Source of the DNA: an uncultured bacterium
GTDB lineage: Bacteria > Desulfobacterota_D > UBA1144 > Nemesobacterales > UBA2774
Length of the DNA stretch: 64,000 bases
Assembly (NCBI GenBank): GCA_963825135.1
Contig: CAWGRW010000009.1
Span: forward strand, 1,792,001 to 1,856,000
Direction: 5' to 3'
Below, in pieces: positions 21,499 through 31,147 of this stretch (its first letter is position 1; each line of letters opens with the position of its first letter). Under the pieces are notes generated by a model. The model was not told where the DNA came from. It did not search any database and was given only the letters and a program-made list of their open reading frames with translations. The position numbers and the translations under genes are program-made.

Positions 21499-22290
21499 TT
21501 ATCTCCCCTTAAACACAGGCTTCCTCTTCTCGGCAAACGATCTCTGCCCCTCCTTGTAGTCCTCGCTTTCCTGTACGGTCAGGGTCAGATTCCTTAAAAG
21601 CTCTTCGTCGTCTCCGCTGATTACCTGATTCCTCTGCCATATGTTTACCATCTCCTTGAGCGCTTTAAGGGAGAGGGGGGCGTTCTCGGTTATTTCTCCT
21701 GTTATTTCGCTCGTGAATTTTTCGAGCTCGGAACCGGGCACCGTGAAGTTGACCAGTCCGATTCTCTCCGCCCTCTCGGAATCGATCGGCCTTCCTGTCA
21801 GGAAGAGTTCCTTAGTGTATCCCGGTCCGATGAGGTTGAGGAACCTCCGTACGCCCCTGTAAGAGTATATGACTCCGAGCTTGGCAGGAGGCATGCCGAA
21901 CATACACCCCCTGACGGCGATCCGTATGTCGCATGTGGCGGCGATCTCGAGGCCGGCCCCGAAAGCGTGGCCGTTCATCATTGCCACTACCGGATATGGG
22001 AAATTCTCTATTGCTTTGACCGCTTTAGGGAGGGGATTATCTCCTGCATGGTTCTTCACCATGTCATCTTTGCCGATCGAGCTTATGTCGTAACCTGAGG
22101 AAAAAGCCTTGTCCCCGGCCCCCCTGATGACGACGCACCGGGTTCTGTCCTCATCCTTTAATCTCTCAAGCTCCGATTTCAGGCCCAGGAGCATAGCGGG
22201 AGTAAGGAGGTTCCTTTTTTCCGGCCTGTTGAAAGCAATACTGCAGACCACGCCCCTTTCCTCTACAATAAGCTCATTTCTATCAGGCAA
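21499..22290 (-). CDS. Enoyl-CoA hydratase/isomerase (crotonase) family protein
   Basis: NRPEKRN, AFSSGYD, GHAFGAGLEIA..CDIR, GMPPAKLG, SEDYKEG..EKRKPVFKGR. TTG start with GGAGG RBS. Confidence 0.92.
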   Translation of the reverse strand: MPDRNELIVEERGVVCSIAFNRPEKRNLLTPAMLLGLKSELERLKDEDRTRCVVIRGAGDKAFSSGYDISSIGKDDMVKNHAGDNPLPKAVKAIENFPYPVVAMMNGHAFGAGLEIAATCDIRIAVRGCMFGMPPAKLGVIYSYRGVRRFLNLIGPGYTKELFLTGRPIDSERAERIGLVNFTVPGSELEKFTSEITGEITENAPLSLKALKEMVNIWQRNQVISGDDEELLRNLTLTVQESEDYKEGQRSFAEKRKPVFKGR

Positions 22291-22388
22291 GGGAGCCTCC
22301 GTGCTCGGCAGCCATGGTTAACATCTTAGTATCGACACTGGGGATGCTTTGTCAAATTGCGGGCCGGGTGTCAAGAAGGGGCTGGAGC

Positions 22389-22420
22389 AATTTGCAAATT
22401 TTGGTTACTATTAGTAACTT
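22389..22420 (+). promoter_or_regulatory. Candidate promoter with overlapping operator palindromes upstream of the zinc-ribbon gene pair
   Basis: TTGCAA(22392)-17 nt-TAACTT(22415); perfect palindromes AATTTGCAAATT (22389-22400) and GTTACTA-T-TAGTAAC (22404-22418). Confidence 0.5.
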
Positions 22421-22442
22421 ATTAGAAACAGGGAGTGATAAA

Positions 22443-22946
22443 ATGCCATTATTCGAATATGAGTGTGATAAGTGTATGGATCAATATAATAGGGATATAG
22501 ACGCACTGGTTGCCAAACTCAATAAAGCCAATGCGGCAAAGATTAAAAAGGAAAATCCAGGTTTCCTATATATTGAGGTCAAGGACGGCGACAATGACCA
22601 GTTGCTCTTCGCTCTCGGTGACAGGAGCAATAGCAGGAGCGTAAGAAGGTTTCGCTACAAGCTGGATAAGAATAAAATGCTCTACCTCGAGCTCAAAAAT
22701 TTCAGGTTTAGCTCTCTCGTGTATGAAAAAGAAGAGGAAAAGGATCTGACCTGCCCTCTCTGCGGGTCAAAGGGATCCCGCAGGGTGTTCTCGACTTTCA
22801 AGGCTATATTCGAGGATAAGAGCAAGAGAGCGCCTCGGCGCGGAGATGAGCTCAGGTGGCATCTCGAATATAAAGAGCAGAAAGACGAGGAAATGAGGAA
22901 CGACTGGGTAGGGCAGGAGCACTTGAATCAGTATTTCAACAGATAA
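22443..22946 (+). CDS. FmdB-family zinc-ribbon protein with a 74-aa inserted domain, copy 1
   Basis: MPLFEYECDKC..[74 aa]..NFRFSSLV..CPLCGS..RRVFSTF. GGGAG RBS supports ATG 22443 rather than 22314. Confidence 0.75.
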   Translation: MPLFEYECDKCMDQYNRDIDALVAKLNKANAAKIKKENPGFLYIEVKDGDNDQLLFALGDRSNSRSVRRFRYKLDKNKMLYLELKNFRFSSLVYEKEEEKDLTCPLCGSKGSRRVFSTFKAIFEDKSKRAPRRGDELRWHLEYKEQKDEEMRNDWVGQEHLNQYFNR

Positions 22947-22967
22947 TATACCGGGAGAGTGAATTAG

Positions 22968-23453
22968 ATGCCGCTTTATGAGTATGAATGCATTCCGTGC
23001 AGGAAGAACGTGGAAGACTCCTTAAAGGCTCTTAATAACGGAGTCACCAAAAAGATGGTATCGGAGCTGGTAAAGAAGCATGACAATATCAACCATATCG
23101 GGGTCCTCGATCTGGAAAAGGAAGAGGTTTTGGCCGAGCATGGAAAGCGCGACAGGGACGCTTCGGATTTGAATTTTTATCTCAATGACGGCACTACGCT
23201 GGTAATTTTCAATCTAAAAAAGAATTACCGTTTTTCCGAGCTCATATACGAGCCCGGGGACGAGAAAAAGCTCAAGTGCCTGCTTTGCGGAACGAAGAAA
23301 GTCGAGAAAGTGGTATCGAGCTTCGCCTTTACAAGCGATCTTTCAACTGATATGCCCAAACCCGACCTTGGCAACCTGCCCCCGTCCGTCAGGAACAGGA
23401 CATTCCTGGGCGAGTACATAGAAGAAAAAGACAGGCCTAAGAAAAATCGATGA
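22968..23453 (+). CDS. FmdB-family zinc-ribbon protein with a 74-aa inserted domain, copy 2
   Basis: MPLYEYECIPC..[74 aa]..NYRFSELI..CLLCGT..EKVVSSF; RBS GGGAG. Confidence 0.75.
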   Translation: MPLYEYECIPCRKNVEDSLKALNNGVTKKMVSELVKKHDNINHIGVLDLEKEEVLAEHGKRDRDASDLNFYLNDGTTLVIFNLKKNYRFSELIYEPGDEKKLKCLLCGTKKVEKVVSSFAFTSDLSTDMPKPDLGNLPPSVRNRTFLGEYIEEKDRPKKNR

Positions 23454-23648
23454 TTGCTGTTACTGGCGGATAGTTTGACGGAGCGTTGTTGGAGGTGCGC
23501 ACGGTCGTGTTCAGCCCGGTCGCATCCCGGCTCATTGCATAACCTCTTGGTATTATTTAATATATTATTTTTTATCGTTTGGTCGATTAGTATGTGCAGC
23601 TAAGTATGTAGATGAGTCTTGTGTGTGTTATACTCCGCAGGGGTAAAT

Positions 23649-23681
23649 TAATTATAGCGCGTTGAAATGCGGTTATAATTA
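23649..23681. promoter_or_regulatory. Inverted repeat upstream of the arylsulfotransferase, possible operator or hairpin
   Basis: TAATTATA(23649)-17 nt-TATAATTA(23681) with further internal pairing; the right arm contains TATAAT. Confidence 0.3.
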
Positions 23682-23738
23682 TCGAAGGAATAAATTCGTA
23701 GTGACAAAACATAAAATATTCGAGGATCGGAGGCTCCT

Positions 23739-25469
23739 ATGAATGTTCTGAAACGACAAATTGTCTGGGATGCTTTATCCCGTAAATACCGCAGTCTGTT
23801 TTATTCATTTTTGCTTTTGTCCTGTTTCGTCGTATCGGGATGCGATGACAATGGCAACGTCCTCTCCACCGACCCTGACGACAACGATCCGCCCGGGGTC
23901 GTAACGGGACCGACGGTGGCACTTTCTCAGAACGCTCCTTTGGCGGCGCTCCTCAGATTGACAACAGACGAGCCGGCCGAAGTTACGGTCGACGTCACGA
24001 GCAACTCCGCTGAGGCCAGCTCTGTAACCGACACGTCTCGCGACTTTTCTGTTCATAGCGACGGTTTCACGACCGAGCACGCGATAACGCTGCTGGGGTT
24101 TCATCCCGCGGCATCCTATGACATTCGCGTCACATTGACGGACGAAGAGGGTAACGACACCGTCCTGGACGACGCCCTCGGTGTTACTACGGCGCCGTTG
24201 CCCGTCGGCTTTCCTCCTATTCACGTGGAGAGCACGCCTGAGCTCATGGAGCCGGGGGTCACTCTTTTCCCCGTAAGAGCCTCAGGCGCTAACCTCGCCT
24301 TCGGCAGTGTATTCGTGGCTGTGGACGAGTCGGGAGAAGTTGTGTGGTACAGGAGATTCGACAACATAGGGTACGGCGACATAAGACGCATATCGAACGG
24401 GGACCTGCTGTTCATACGCGACGACGCCACAATTACGGAGATCAACATGCTCGGGGATATAGTGAGGGAGTGGCACACTACCAAGAAGCAAGATCCCGCG
24501 CCCGGCAGCATTCCCGTCAACATTCCCGTTTTTCACCACGAAGTCTTCGAGATGGATAACGGTGATTTCCTCGTTTTGAGCATTGATCTGCGGGAATTTG
24601 AAAATTATCCGACGAGCGATTCTGACCCCGCGGCACCCTTGGGGACGGCCGTCCTGGCCGGCGATATGGTCGTCGAATTCTCCCCCGCGGACGGAGCGGT
24701 CGTGAACGAGTGGCGGCTTCTCGACCTGCTCGACCCTTACAGGATAGGCTATGATTCTCTCGGCGGCTTCTGGAACACCGTATTCTCCGAAATTGAAGGA
24801 GGTGTCAAGGATTGGGGTCACGCGAACGCCGTGATACAGGACCCATCGGATGACTCTATTATTGTTTCGCTTCGCCACCAGGATGCTGTCGTAAAGTTCA
24901 GCAGACAGACCGGTCAGCTTATCTGGATATTGGGGACACACAATAACTGGGACCCGGTTCGGTTCGGGAGTTTTTTGCTCGACCCTGTCGGAGATCCGTT
25001 CCTCTTTCAATACCATCAGCACGCCCCGGAAGTTACAGAGGCAGGAACTATATTACTCTATGACAACGGTAACTATAAAGCAACCCCGTTCGATGTGAAA
25101 TTGCCGGCGACCGAGAACTTCAGCCGCGCCGCCGAATTTTCCATAAACGAAGATACCAAACAAGTTACCCAGGTATGGGAGTTCGGCGAGTTTGACGATC
25201 CCGTGCGTTACGCCCCGTTCATCGGAGATGCCGATATGCAGCCTCTTACCGGGAACGTGCTCATAACACACGGCGGGGTTACAACGGACGCAGAAGGTTT
25301 ACCCACGGATAATATTTTTGCGGCAAAGACCTCGGTTTATTTAATTGAAGTCACGCATACGACGCCGGGTGAAAAGGTGTTCGAGCTTTCGATAGTCGAT
25401 CCGACGCCTGAAACGGCAAACGGGTGGACTACTTACCGGGCCGAAAGATTGCCGAGCCTTTACCCCTAA
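23739..25469 (+). CDS. Arylsulfotransferase (ASST family) lipoprotein
   Basis: Signal peptide with lipobox VSGC, N-terminal NAPLAA Ig-like domain, ASST motifs FHHE, DWGHANA, SLRHQ, QHAPE, YDNG, YRAER. Confidence 0.88.
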   Translation: MNVLKRQIVWDALSRKYRSLFYSFLLLSCFVVSGCDDNGNVLSTDPDDNDPPGVVTGPTVALSQNAPLAALLRLTTDEPAEVTVDVTSNSAEASSVTDTSRDFSVHSDGFTTEHAITLLGFHPAASYDIRVTLTDEEGNDTVLDDALGVTTAPLPVGFPPIHVESTPELMEPGVTLFPVRASGANLAFGSVFVAVDESGEVVWYRRFDNIGYGDIRRISNGDLLFIRDDATITEINMLGDIVREWHTTKKQDPAPGSIPVNIPVFHHEVFEMDNGDFLVLSIDLREFENYPTSDSDPAAPLGTAVLAGDMVVEFSPADGAVVNEWRLLDLLDPYRIGYDSLGGFWNTVFSEIEGGVKDWGHANAVIQDPSDDSIIVSLRHQDAVVKFSRQTGQLIWILGTHNNWDPVRFGSFLLDPVGDPFLFQYHQHAPEVTEAGTILLYDNGNYKATPFDVKLPATENFSRAAEFSINEDTKQVTQVWEFGEFDDPVRYAPFIGDADMQPLTGNVLITHGGVTTDAEGLPTDNIFAAKTSVYLIEVTHTTPGEKVFELSIVDPTPETANGWTTYRAERLPSLYP

Positions 25470-25484
25470 ATGCGGGGCGGAGTA

Positions 25485-26153
25485 TTAACCCTTGTTTCGG
25501 TATGACTCCTTGGGTTTCCCGAACCTCTTGCCGAGTTCGCGGTAAATGTCCTCCGGGGTTATACCGAAATAAGAAAGCGCTATGAGCGAGTGGAACCAGA
25601 GGTCCGCCGTTTCGTATACTATTTCGTCCCTATCACCGTTCTTGGCCCCGATTATGGTTTCTCCCGCTTCCTCGCCCACCTTTTTCAGTATTTTATCGAG
25701 TCCTTTCTCGAAAAGTCCGCTGACGTAGGAACCTTCGCGCGGATTCCTCTTCCTGTCTTCGATTACACCGAACACCTCATCCAGCGTTCTATCCGTTCTT
25801 TCAGAGCCGAACGAAGGCGAGCTCTTTTCACTTCCGTCGGCCGAGCTGAAGAAGAAGCAGCTTCTTCTGCCCGTGTGGCAGGCGACCCCGGTCTGATGTA
25901 CGAGCATGAGTACCGTGTCGGCGTCACAGTCAAAGTACATGTCTTTCACTTCCTGCACGTTCCCCGACTCCTCGCCCTTCATCCAGAGTTTCCGCCTGGA
26001 CCTGCTCCAGAAATGGGTCTTTTTCGATTCGATAGTCATTTTCAGGGACTCTCTATTGGCATACGCAAACATGAGCACCTGACCGTTCTCTGCGTCCTGA
26101 ACGATTACTGGCACTAGCCCGTTCTCATCATATTTTATATCGTCCAAATCCAT
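25485..26153 (-). CDS. hisIE: Bifunctional phosphoribosyl-AMP cyclohydrolase / phosphoribosyl-ATP pyrophosphatase
   Basis: [44 protein letters not shown]. Confidence 0.96.
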   Translation of the reverse strand: MDLDDIKYDENGLVPVIVQDAENGQVLMFAYANRESLKMTIESKKTHFWSRSRRKLWMKGEESGNVQEVKDMYFDCDADTVLMLVHQTGVACHTGRRSCFFFSSADGSEKSSPSFGSERTDRTLDEVFGVIEDRKRNPREGSYVSGLFEKGLDKILKKVGEEAGETIIGAKNGDRDEIVYETADLWFHSLIALSYFGITPEDIYRELGKRFGKPKESYRNKG

Positions 26154-26295
26154 ATTTTTGCCTCCAAACCCTTAATTTTAACCAATTAACGCCTGAATTC
26201 CGAGGGGCCTCCGGCCGCGCGGCTTTACATCCTTATTTTATTTGCATATAGTTATATATTCAATTTGGAGCTTTTTTCCTGAGGGGGTAATTTTA

Positions 26296-26505
26296 ATGGC
26301 GAGAGTAACTATTGAAGACTGTCTTGAAAAGGTCGTAAACAGGTTCGCATTATCCGTCGCGGCCATGAAAAGGGCCAGACTGCTTGTCAAAGGTGCGATA
26401 CCCCTGTCGGAAGAAACAGGAAACAAGTTTGTCGTAACCGCTCTCCGGGAAATTGCCGAAGAAAAAGTAAAGGTCATATACCCCGTCGGTCAGGACGAAT
26501 ACTAG
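26296..26505 (+). CDS. rpoZ: RNA polymerase omega subunit
   Basis: [41 protein letters not shown] before ATG 26296. Confidence 0.95.
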   Translation: MARVTIEDCLEKVVNRFALSVAAMKRARLLVKGAIPLSEETGNKFVVTALREIAEEKVKVIYPVGQDEY

Positions 26506-26693
26506 AGTCTGTGCTTATGACATATGCCTGATTGAACTCTACGTCTGCGCGCGTCTATACCCTCTATCATCTTCGTTTCGAGTCTAACTGATCGGATGTT
26601 GCCGTCTCCCTAAGCATAGGATATGTTTTGAACCGCATCCTTATTGAATCATAATCTGGTAATTCCTTTACCCTCAAGGGGGACATGATTTGA

Positions 26694-28654
26694 ATGATCA
26701 GGATAGGAATCGATACCGGCGGAACATTTACGGATTTCGTATTCTTCGACGGTAAAGAAATTCATACATACAAGGTTCCCTCTACCCCCGAAGATCCTTC
26801 GGTTGCAATAGTCTCAGGGTTGGTCCACAAGCTCGGCGCTGACCTCGATGGCGTCGAGATCGTTCACGGGACCACGGTCGCCACGAACACCCTCCTCGAG
26901 CGTAAAGGAGCCCGCATAGCCTTGATAACGACCGCGGGGTTTGAGGACGTCATAGAGATAGGCAGGCAGAACAGGGGGGAACTCTATAATCTGTTTTGGG
27001 ATTCGCCCGGGCCTCTCGTGGAGAGGGGACTCAGGTTGGGGGTGACCGAGCGCACCTTGTTCACAGGCGAAATACTGAAAAAGATCAAGAGGGCTGATCT
27101 CGAACGATTACTGGCGAAGCTTAGGAGAATTAAACCCGAGGGTATCGCCGTCTCATTTCTTCATTCCTATAAGAACCCGGAGAACGAAAATAAGGCGGCG
27201 AATTACCTGAGCGTTCTCGGAATCCCGATCTCCGTATCGTCCGTAATCCTCCCCGAGTTCAGGGAATACGAAAGAACCTCCACCGTAGTCGCGAACGCGT
27301 ATCTGCTTCCAAAAGTAAAATCCTATATGAGGGCACTATCGAAAGGCATCTCGACCAGGGGGGCGCCGAGGACTGTATATACGTTATGCAATCAAGCGGA
27401 GGAATCATTTCCCCTGAGCAGGCCGGGGAGGAGCCGGTAAGGGTTCTTCTGTCCGGGCCGGCCGGTGGCGTGGTGGGAGCTTTCAATATATCCCGGCTGA
27501 TGGGTTACAGGAAGGTCATTACGTACGACATGGGCGGTACATCGACGGATGTCGCGTTATGTGAGGGAGGCCCGAAATTCAGCACCGAAACGAGCATAGA
27601 CGGGATCCCGGTGAGAATGCCCATGATAGATGTGATGACCATCGGTGCGGGCGGAGGGTCCATAGCCCATATCGATACGGGCGGCGCGTTGAAGGTGGGT
27701 CCCCGCAGCTCAGGCGCCGACCCCGGACCAGCGTGTTACGGCAAGGGCGTAGAGCCCGCCGTAACCGATGCAAACCTTGTTCTTGGCAGAATTGATCCCG
27801 CCCGCTTTCTTGGCGGAAGGATGAAGCTCCGTTCCGAAAGGTCGGGGGCCGCACTCGGGGGCCTCGCTAAGAAGATGCAGCTCTCCGTCCCGGATCTCGC
27901 GGAAGGGATAATCAGCGTCGCGAACGCCAATATGGAACGTGCTCTCCGCGTTATTTCCATGGGTAAGGGATACGACCCGAGGGATTTTGCACTTGTCTCT
28001 TTCGGAGGCGCGGGCGGGCTCCACGCATGCGAGCTTGCACGCGGAATGGAGATGAAAACAGTTATTTTCCCGAGAGACCCCGGTGTCCTTTCGGCCCTGG
28101 GGATGCTAATGGCGGATACGTTTAAGGATTACGGACTGACGGTATTCCTGAGCGGGAAAGAAATGAAGACTCCCGGGATTGAGGAGGGGTTCAGGCTGTT
28201 GGAGGAGAGGTCCAATGCCGATTTTCGCGGCTCAGAAATTAAATTCGAGAGATTCCTGGACGCGCGTTACAGGAGACAGGCGCATGAGATCACTATTCCC
28301 TACAAAAAGGAATTCATAAAAGAATTCCACCGCACTCATAAAAAAATGTACGGATACATGAAGCCTGAGGGAGAGGTGGAAGTCGTAACCTTGAGATTAA
28401 GGACCATAGCGAAAAGAAGAAATCTCAAACTCCCCCTGCTGGAAAAAAAGAAATCTTCTGTTCGGTCAGCCAGGCAAAATGTAATATTGCGGGGAAAGGA
28501 GGTAGGCGTAAACGCCTTCGAGAGAGAAAGCTTCAATCCGGGTTTCAAATTCTCGGGGCCCGCGCTCGTGTTCGAGGACACCTCCACGCTCTTTATTACG
28601 CCCGGATACAGGTGCGAAGTGGACGGCTGGGGGAACATAGTTGCACGATACTGA
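26694..28654 (+). pseudogene. Hydantoinase A / 5-oxoprolinase A family protein split by a one-base frameshift (true pseudogene or assembly indel)
   Basis: ORF1 has DTGGTFTD, HGTTVATN and EFREYERTST. ORF2 has MQSSGG, SGPAGG, DMGGTSTD, GAGGGS and FGGAGGLH. One extra G in the G6 run at 27358-27363 joins the frames. Confidence 0.85.
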
Positions 28655-28796
28655 ATCGCGAATATCCGGCGGATCGCAATTCCCGGCGCCCGGGCAATAA
28701 ATAGGGAGCGCGTGCGAAAACCCGGCACGGCATTGATTTTTACTATTGATATGTAAGTATAGAGAGTTCATAACAAAAAGGAGCGTTCTTACTAAC

Positions 28797-30113
28797 ATGA
28801 AAAATTCCGGAAACTTTATACTCGGGGGCGGGATTACGGGTTTGTCGGCGGGCATGGTATCAGGCCTTCCCGTATATGAATCAGAATCGGTTCCGGGCGG
28901 CATTTGCTCGTCTTATTATCTGACTCCTGGTAGCGGGGACCGCAAGTTCAAATCGCCCGAAGACGGGGAGGCATACCGCTTCGAGATCGGGGGAGGACAC
29001 TGGATATTCGGAGGAGACCCGGCTGTGCTTCATTTTATCAAGTCCCTCGTCCCGGTGAAATCGTATAAGAGGAAGTCGTCGGTTTACTTCAGCAAGCTCG
29101 GGCTTTATGTCCCTTACCCGATACAGAACCACCTGGGCGTTCTCGGCAAGGATATTGCGACAAAAGCGATAAACGAGATAATAAACGCCCCCGAGGGCAC
29201 TCCGGGGACAATGGCCGACTGGCTCGAGATGAGCTTCGGAAAAACCCTCCTCGAGCTTTTTTTCGCCCCTTTTCATGAGCTCTACACGGCCGGGTTGTGG
29301 ACAAGGATCGCCCCTCAGGATTCCTATAAGTCACCAGTGAACCTCTCCGTCGCCCTGCAGGGAGCAATCGATAAAGCGCCTCCCCCGGTCGGGTATAACG
29401 TCACATACGTTTACCCCAGGGAGGGATTGAATACGCTTGCGCAGAGAATGGCGAGAAACTGCGATCTTCGCTACGATAAACGCGTCGCGAGGATAAGCGT
29501 AAAGAAAAAAGAAGTCTTTTTTTCAGACGGCTCGGGCGCGAAATATGAGAATTTGATCTCCACTCTGCCCCTCAACAAGGCCCTCCAGATGGCAGGCCTG
29601 AGGGTTGATGAGAGACCCTCCAGCTATACATCGGTGCTCGTGTTGAATATCGGCGCCACGCGCGGAAAGAAGTGTCCCGAAGATCACTGGCTCTATATAC
29701 CGGACAGCGATTCCCGTTTCCACAGGGTGGGGTTCTACAGCAACGTGGACGTCTCGTTCATGCCGAAATCCTCCCGTAAGGAGAACGAACGCGTGAGTAT
29801 CTACGTTGAAAAGGCTTATCAGAACGGAAAGAAGCCTGCCGACAAGGAGATACAGCGTTATTCGGATTCCGTGGTGAAAGAGCTCAAGTCATGGGGGTTC
29901 ATCTCCAGGGCGGAGACAGTAGACCCGACCTGGATAGACGTCGCGTATACATGGTCGATGCCGGGCTCGAGATGGAAGGAGCGGGCCATAAGCGAGCTCG
30001 AGAAACACGGGATTTACCAGATCGGCCGTTACGGGCGCTGGGTTTTCCAGGGCATAGCCGAATCGATCAAGGACGGTTTCTTCATAGGCGGGGCCCTGGG
30101 TAATAAGCGGTGA
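28797..30113 (+). CDS. FAD-dependent oxidoreductase, UDP-galactopyranose mutase-like / protoporphyrinogen oxidase-like
   Basis: GGGITGL dinucleotide fold, PGGICSS, FEIGGGHW, YPIQ, ISTLPL, FHRV, GRYGRW; AAGGAG RBS before ATG 28797. Confidence 0.7.
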   Translation: MKNSGNFILGGGITGLSAGMVSGLPVYESESVPGGICSSYYLTPGSGDRKFKSPEDGEAYRFEIGGGHWIFGGDPAVLHFIKSLVPVKSYKRKSSVYFSKLGLYVPYPIQNHLGVLGKDIATKAINEIINAPEGTPGTMADWLEMSFGKTLLELFFAPFHELYTAGLWTRIAPQDSYKSPVNLSVALQGAIDKAPPPVGYNVTYVYPREGLNTLAQRMARNCDLRYDKRVARISVKKKEVFFSDGSGAKYENLISTLPLNKALQMAGLRVDERPSSYTSVLVLNIGATRGKKCPEDHWLYIPDSDSRFHRVGFYSNVDVSFMPKSSRKENERVSIYVEKAYQNGKKPADKEIQRYSDSVVKELKSWGFISRAETVDPTWIDVAYTWSMPGSRWKERAISELEKHGIYQIGRYGRWVFQGIAESIKDGFFIGGALGNKR

Positions 30114-30156
30114 GCGGGATTCTCTTTTGTTAGATAGTCGGTGTTCGTGAGAGAGT

Positions 30157-31101
30157 ATGATTGAAAGAATCAACTCCGGGCTGAAATCAGCCATCAGTCG
30201 AATTCTCATCGTGTCAGGACTGCAAACAAAGCCCGATCCCACACCTCCGGGAGCGCTCCTGGTAGCCGGTAGGAACCTGCCTGTTTATATTGATAAAAAT
30301 CTACATCCGTGTTTTAAGCTCAATCGGGCGCCTGTCCCGCAGCGCGTATTTATTCTCACCGTCCCGAAATCCGGGACCTATCTTGTCGCAAAAGTCCTCG
30401 AGAATTTAGGAATCGTCGATTGCGGCGTGCATATTGCGGTCGACCATATCCAGGATAATAGGTTTGCCGATGAAAAGATCCTTAGACTCGAGGCATGGAG
30501 ATACTTCGTTCCCATACCCTTCAAAGTATCCACCAGGCTGATTAAAAACGGGCAGTTCTCATTCGGTCACATCCCTTATTATCCCGAAGGGGAGCGCCTG
30601 CTTGGGGGCTTTAAAAAAGTCTTCTCATTCAGGGAGTTGCGGGATGTAATTATCTCTCTGGTGAGATATTATGATTCTCGTGAACAAAATTACGCAAAAC
30701 CTGAACGGATAAGGCTCTATAATAATTTTAGAGAAACCCCCATGGGGAACGAGAAATTTAAGGCCTGGTACGCGATGTGGGGAAAAGAATTTGCCGATCT
30801 GATTAGGAACATGTTCCCCTGGAAAGATCGCAGTGATATATTTCAGGTAAAGTTCGAAACCCTCCTGGGCGACGACGGAAGGGAAGCGCAGTTATCGCTG
30901 CTGAGGGATTTGGGCGGATTCCTGGGTCTACATATTACAGACGTCGAGATAGATAAGGCTTTGAATGACTCTCTGGGCGCTGAGACGCTGACCTTCTCCG
31001 GCAAACGCAGCTCATATGCCGAATGGTGGAACGAGGAGCTCGAGGATTTATTCACACAGTACGGATTTAAAGAACTTAACATGCTATACGGTTACGATTA
31101 G
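30157..31101 (+). CDS. PAPS-dependent sulfotransferase family protein
   Basis: 5'-PSB-like TVPKSGT, 3'-PB-like FRELRDVIIS, VKFETL. Confidence 0.7.
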   Translation: MIERINSGLKSAISRILIVSGLQTKPDPTPPGALLVAGRNLPVYIDKNLHPCFKLNRAPVPQRVFILTVPKSGTYLVAKVLENLGIVDCGVHIAVDHIQDNRFADEKILRLEAWRYFVPIPFKVSTRLIKNGQFSFGHIPYYPEGERLLGGFKKVFSFRELRDVIISLVRYYDSREQNYAKPERIRLYNNFRETPMGNEKFKAWYAMWGKEFADLIRNMFPWKDRSDIFQVKFETLLGDDGREAQLSLLRDLGGFLGLHITDVEIDKALNDSLGAETLTFSGKRSSYAEWWNEELEDLFTQYGFKELNMLYGYD

Positions 31102-31147
31102 CCCGTCGGCTTGGTCAATACTAATCTTAAGCTTTGTAGAGTGATAC

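Noticed and set aside
22473..22700. Zinc-ribbon inserts considered as mini-inteins (Cys...Asn boundaries) or in-frame introns
   Set aside because: The residue after Asn is Phe or Tyr rather than Cys/Ser/Thr, there is no TxxH or penultimate His, 74 aa is too short, and the inserts are conserved at protein level.
26506..26693. rpoZ downstream gap with long-range pairing (CTGTGCTTA 26509 with TAAGCATAG 26611) as a possible 6S RNA or riboswitch
   Set aside because: Only short alternative helices; no continuous rod structure or recognisable conserved motif. An Rfam/Infernal scan would be needed.
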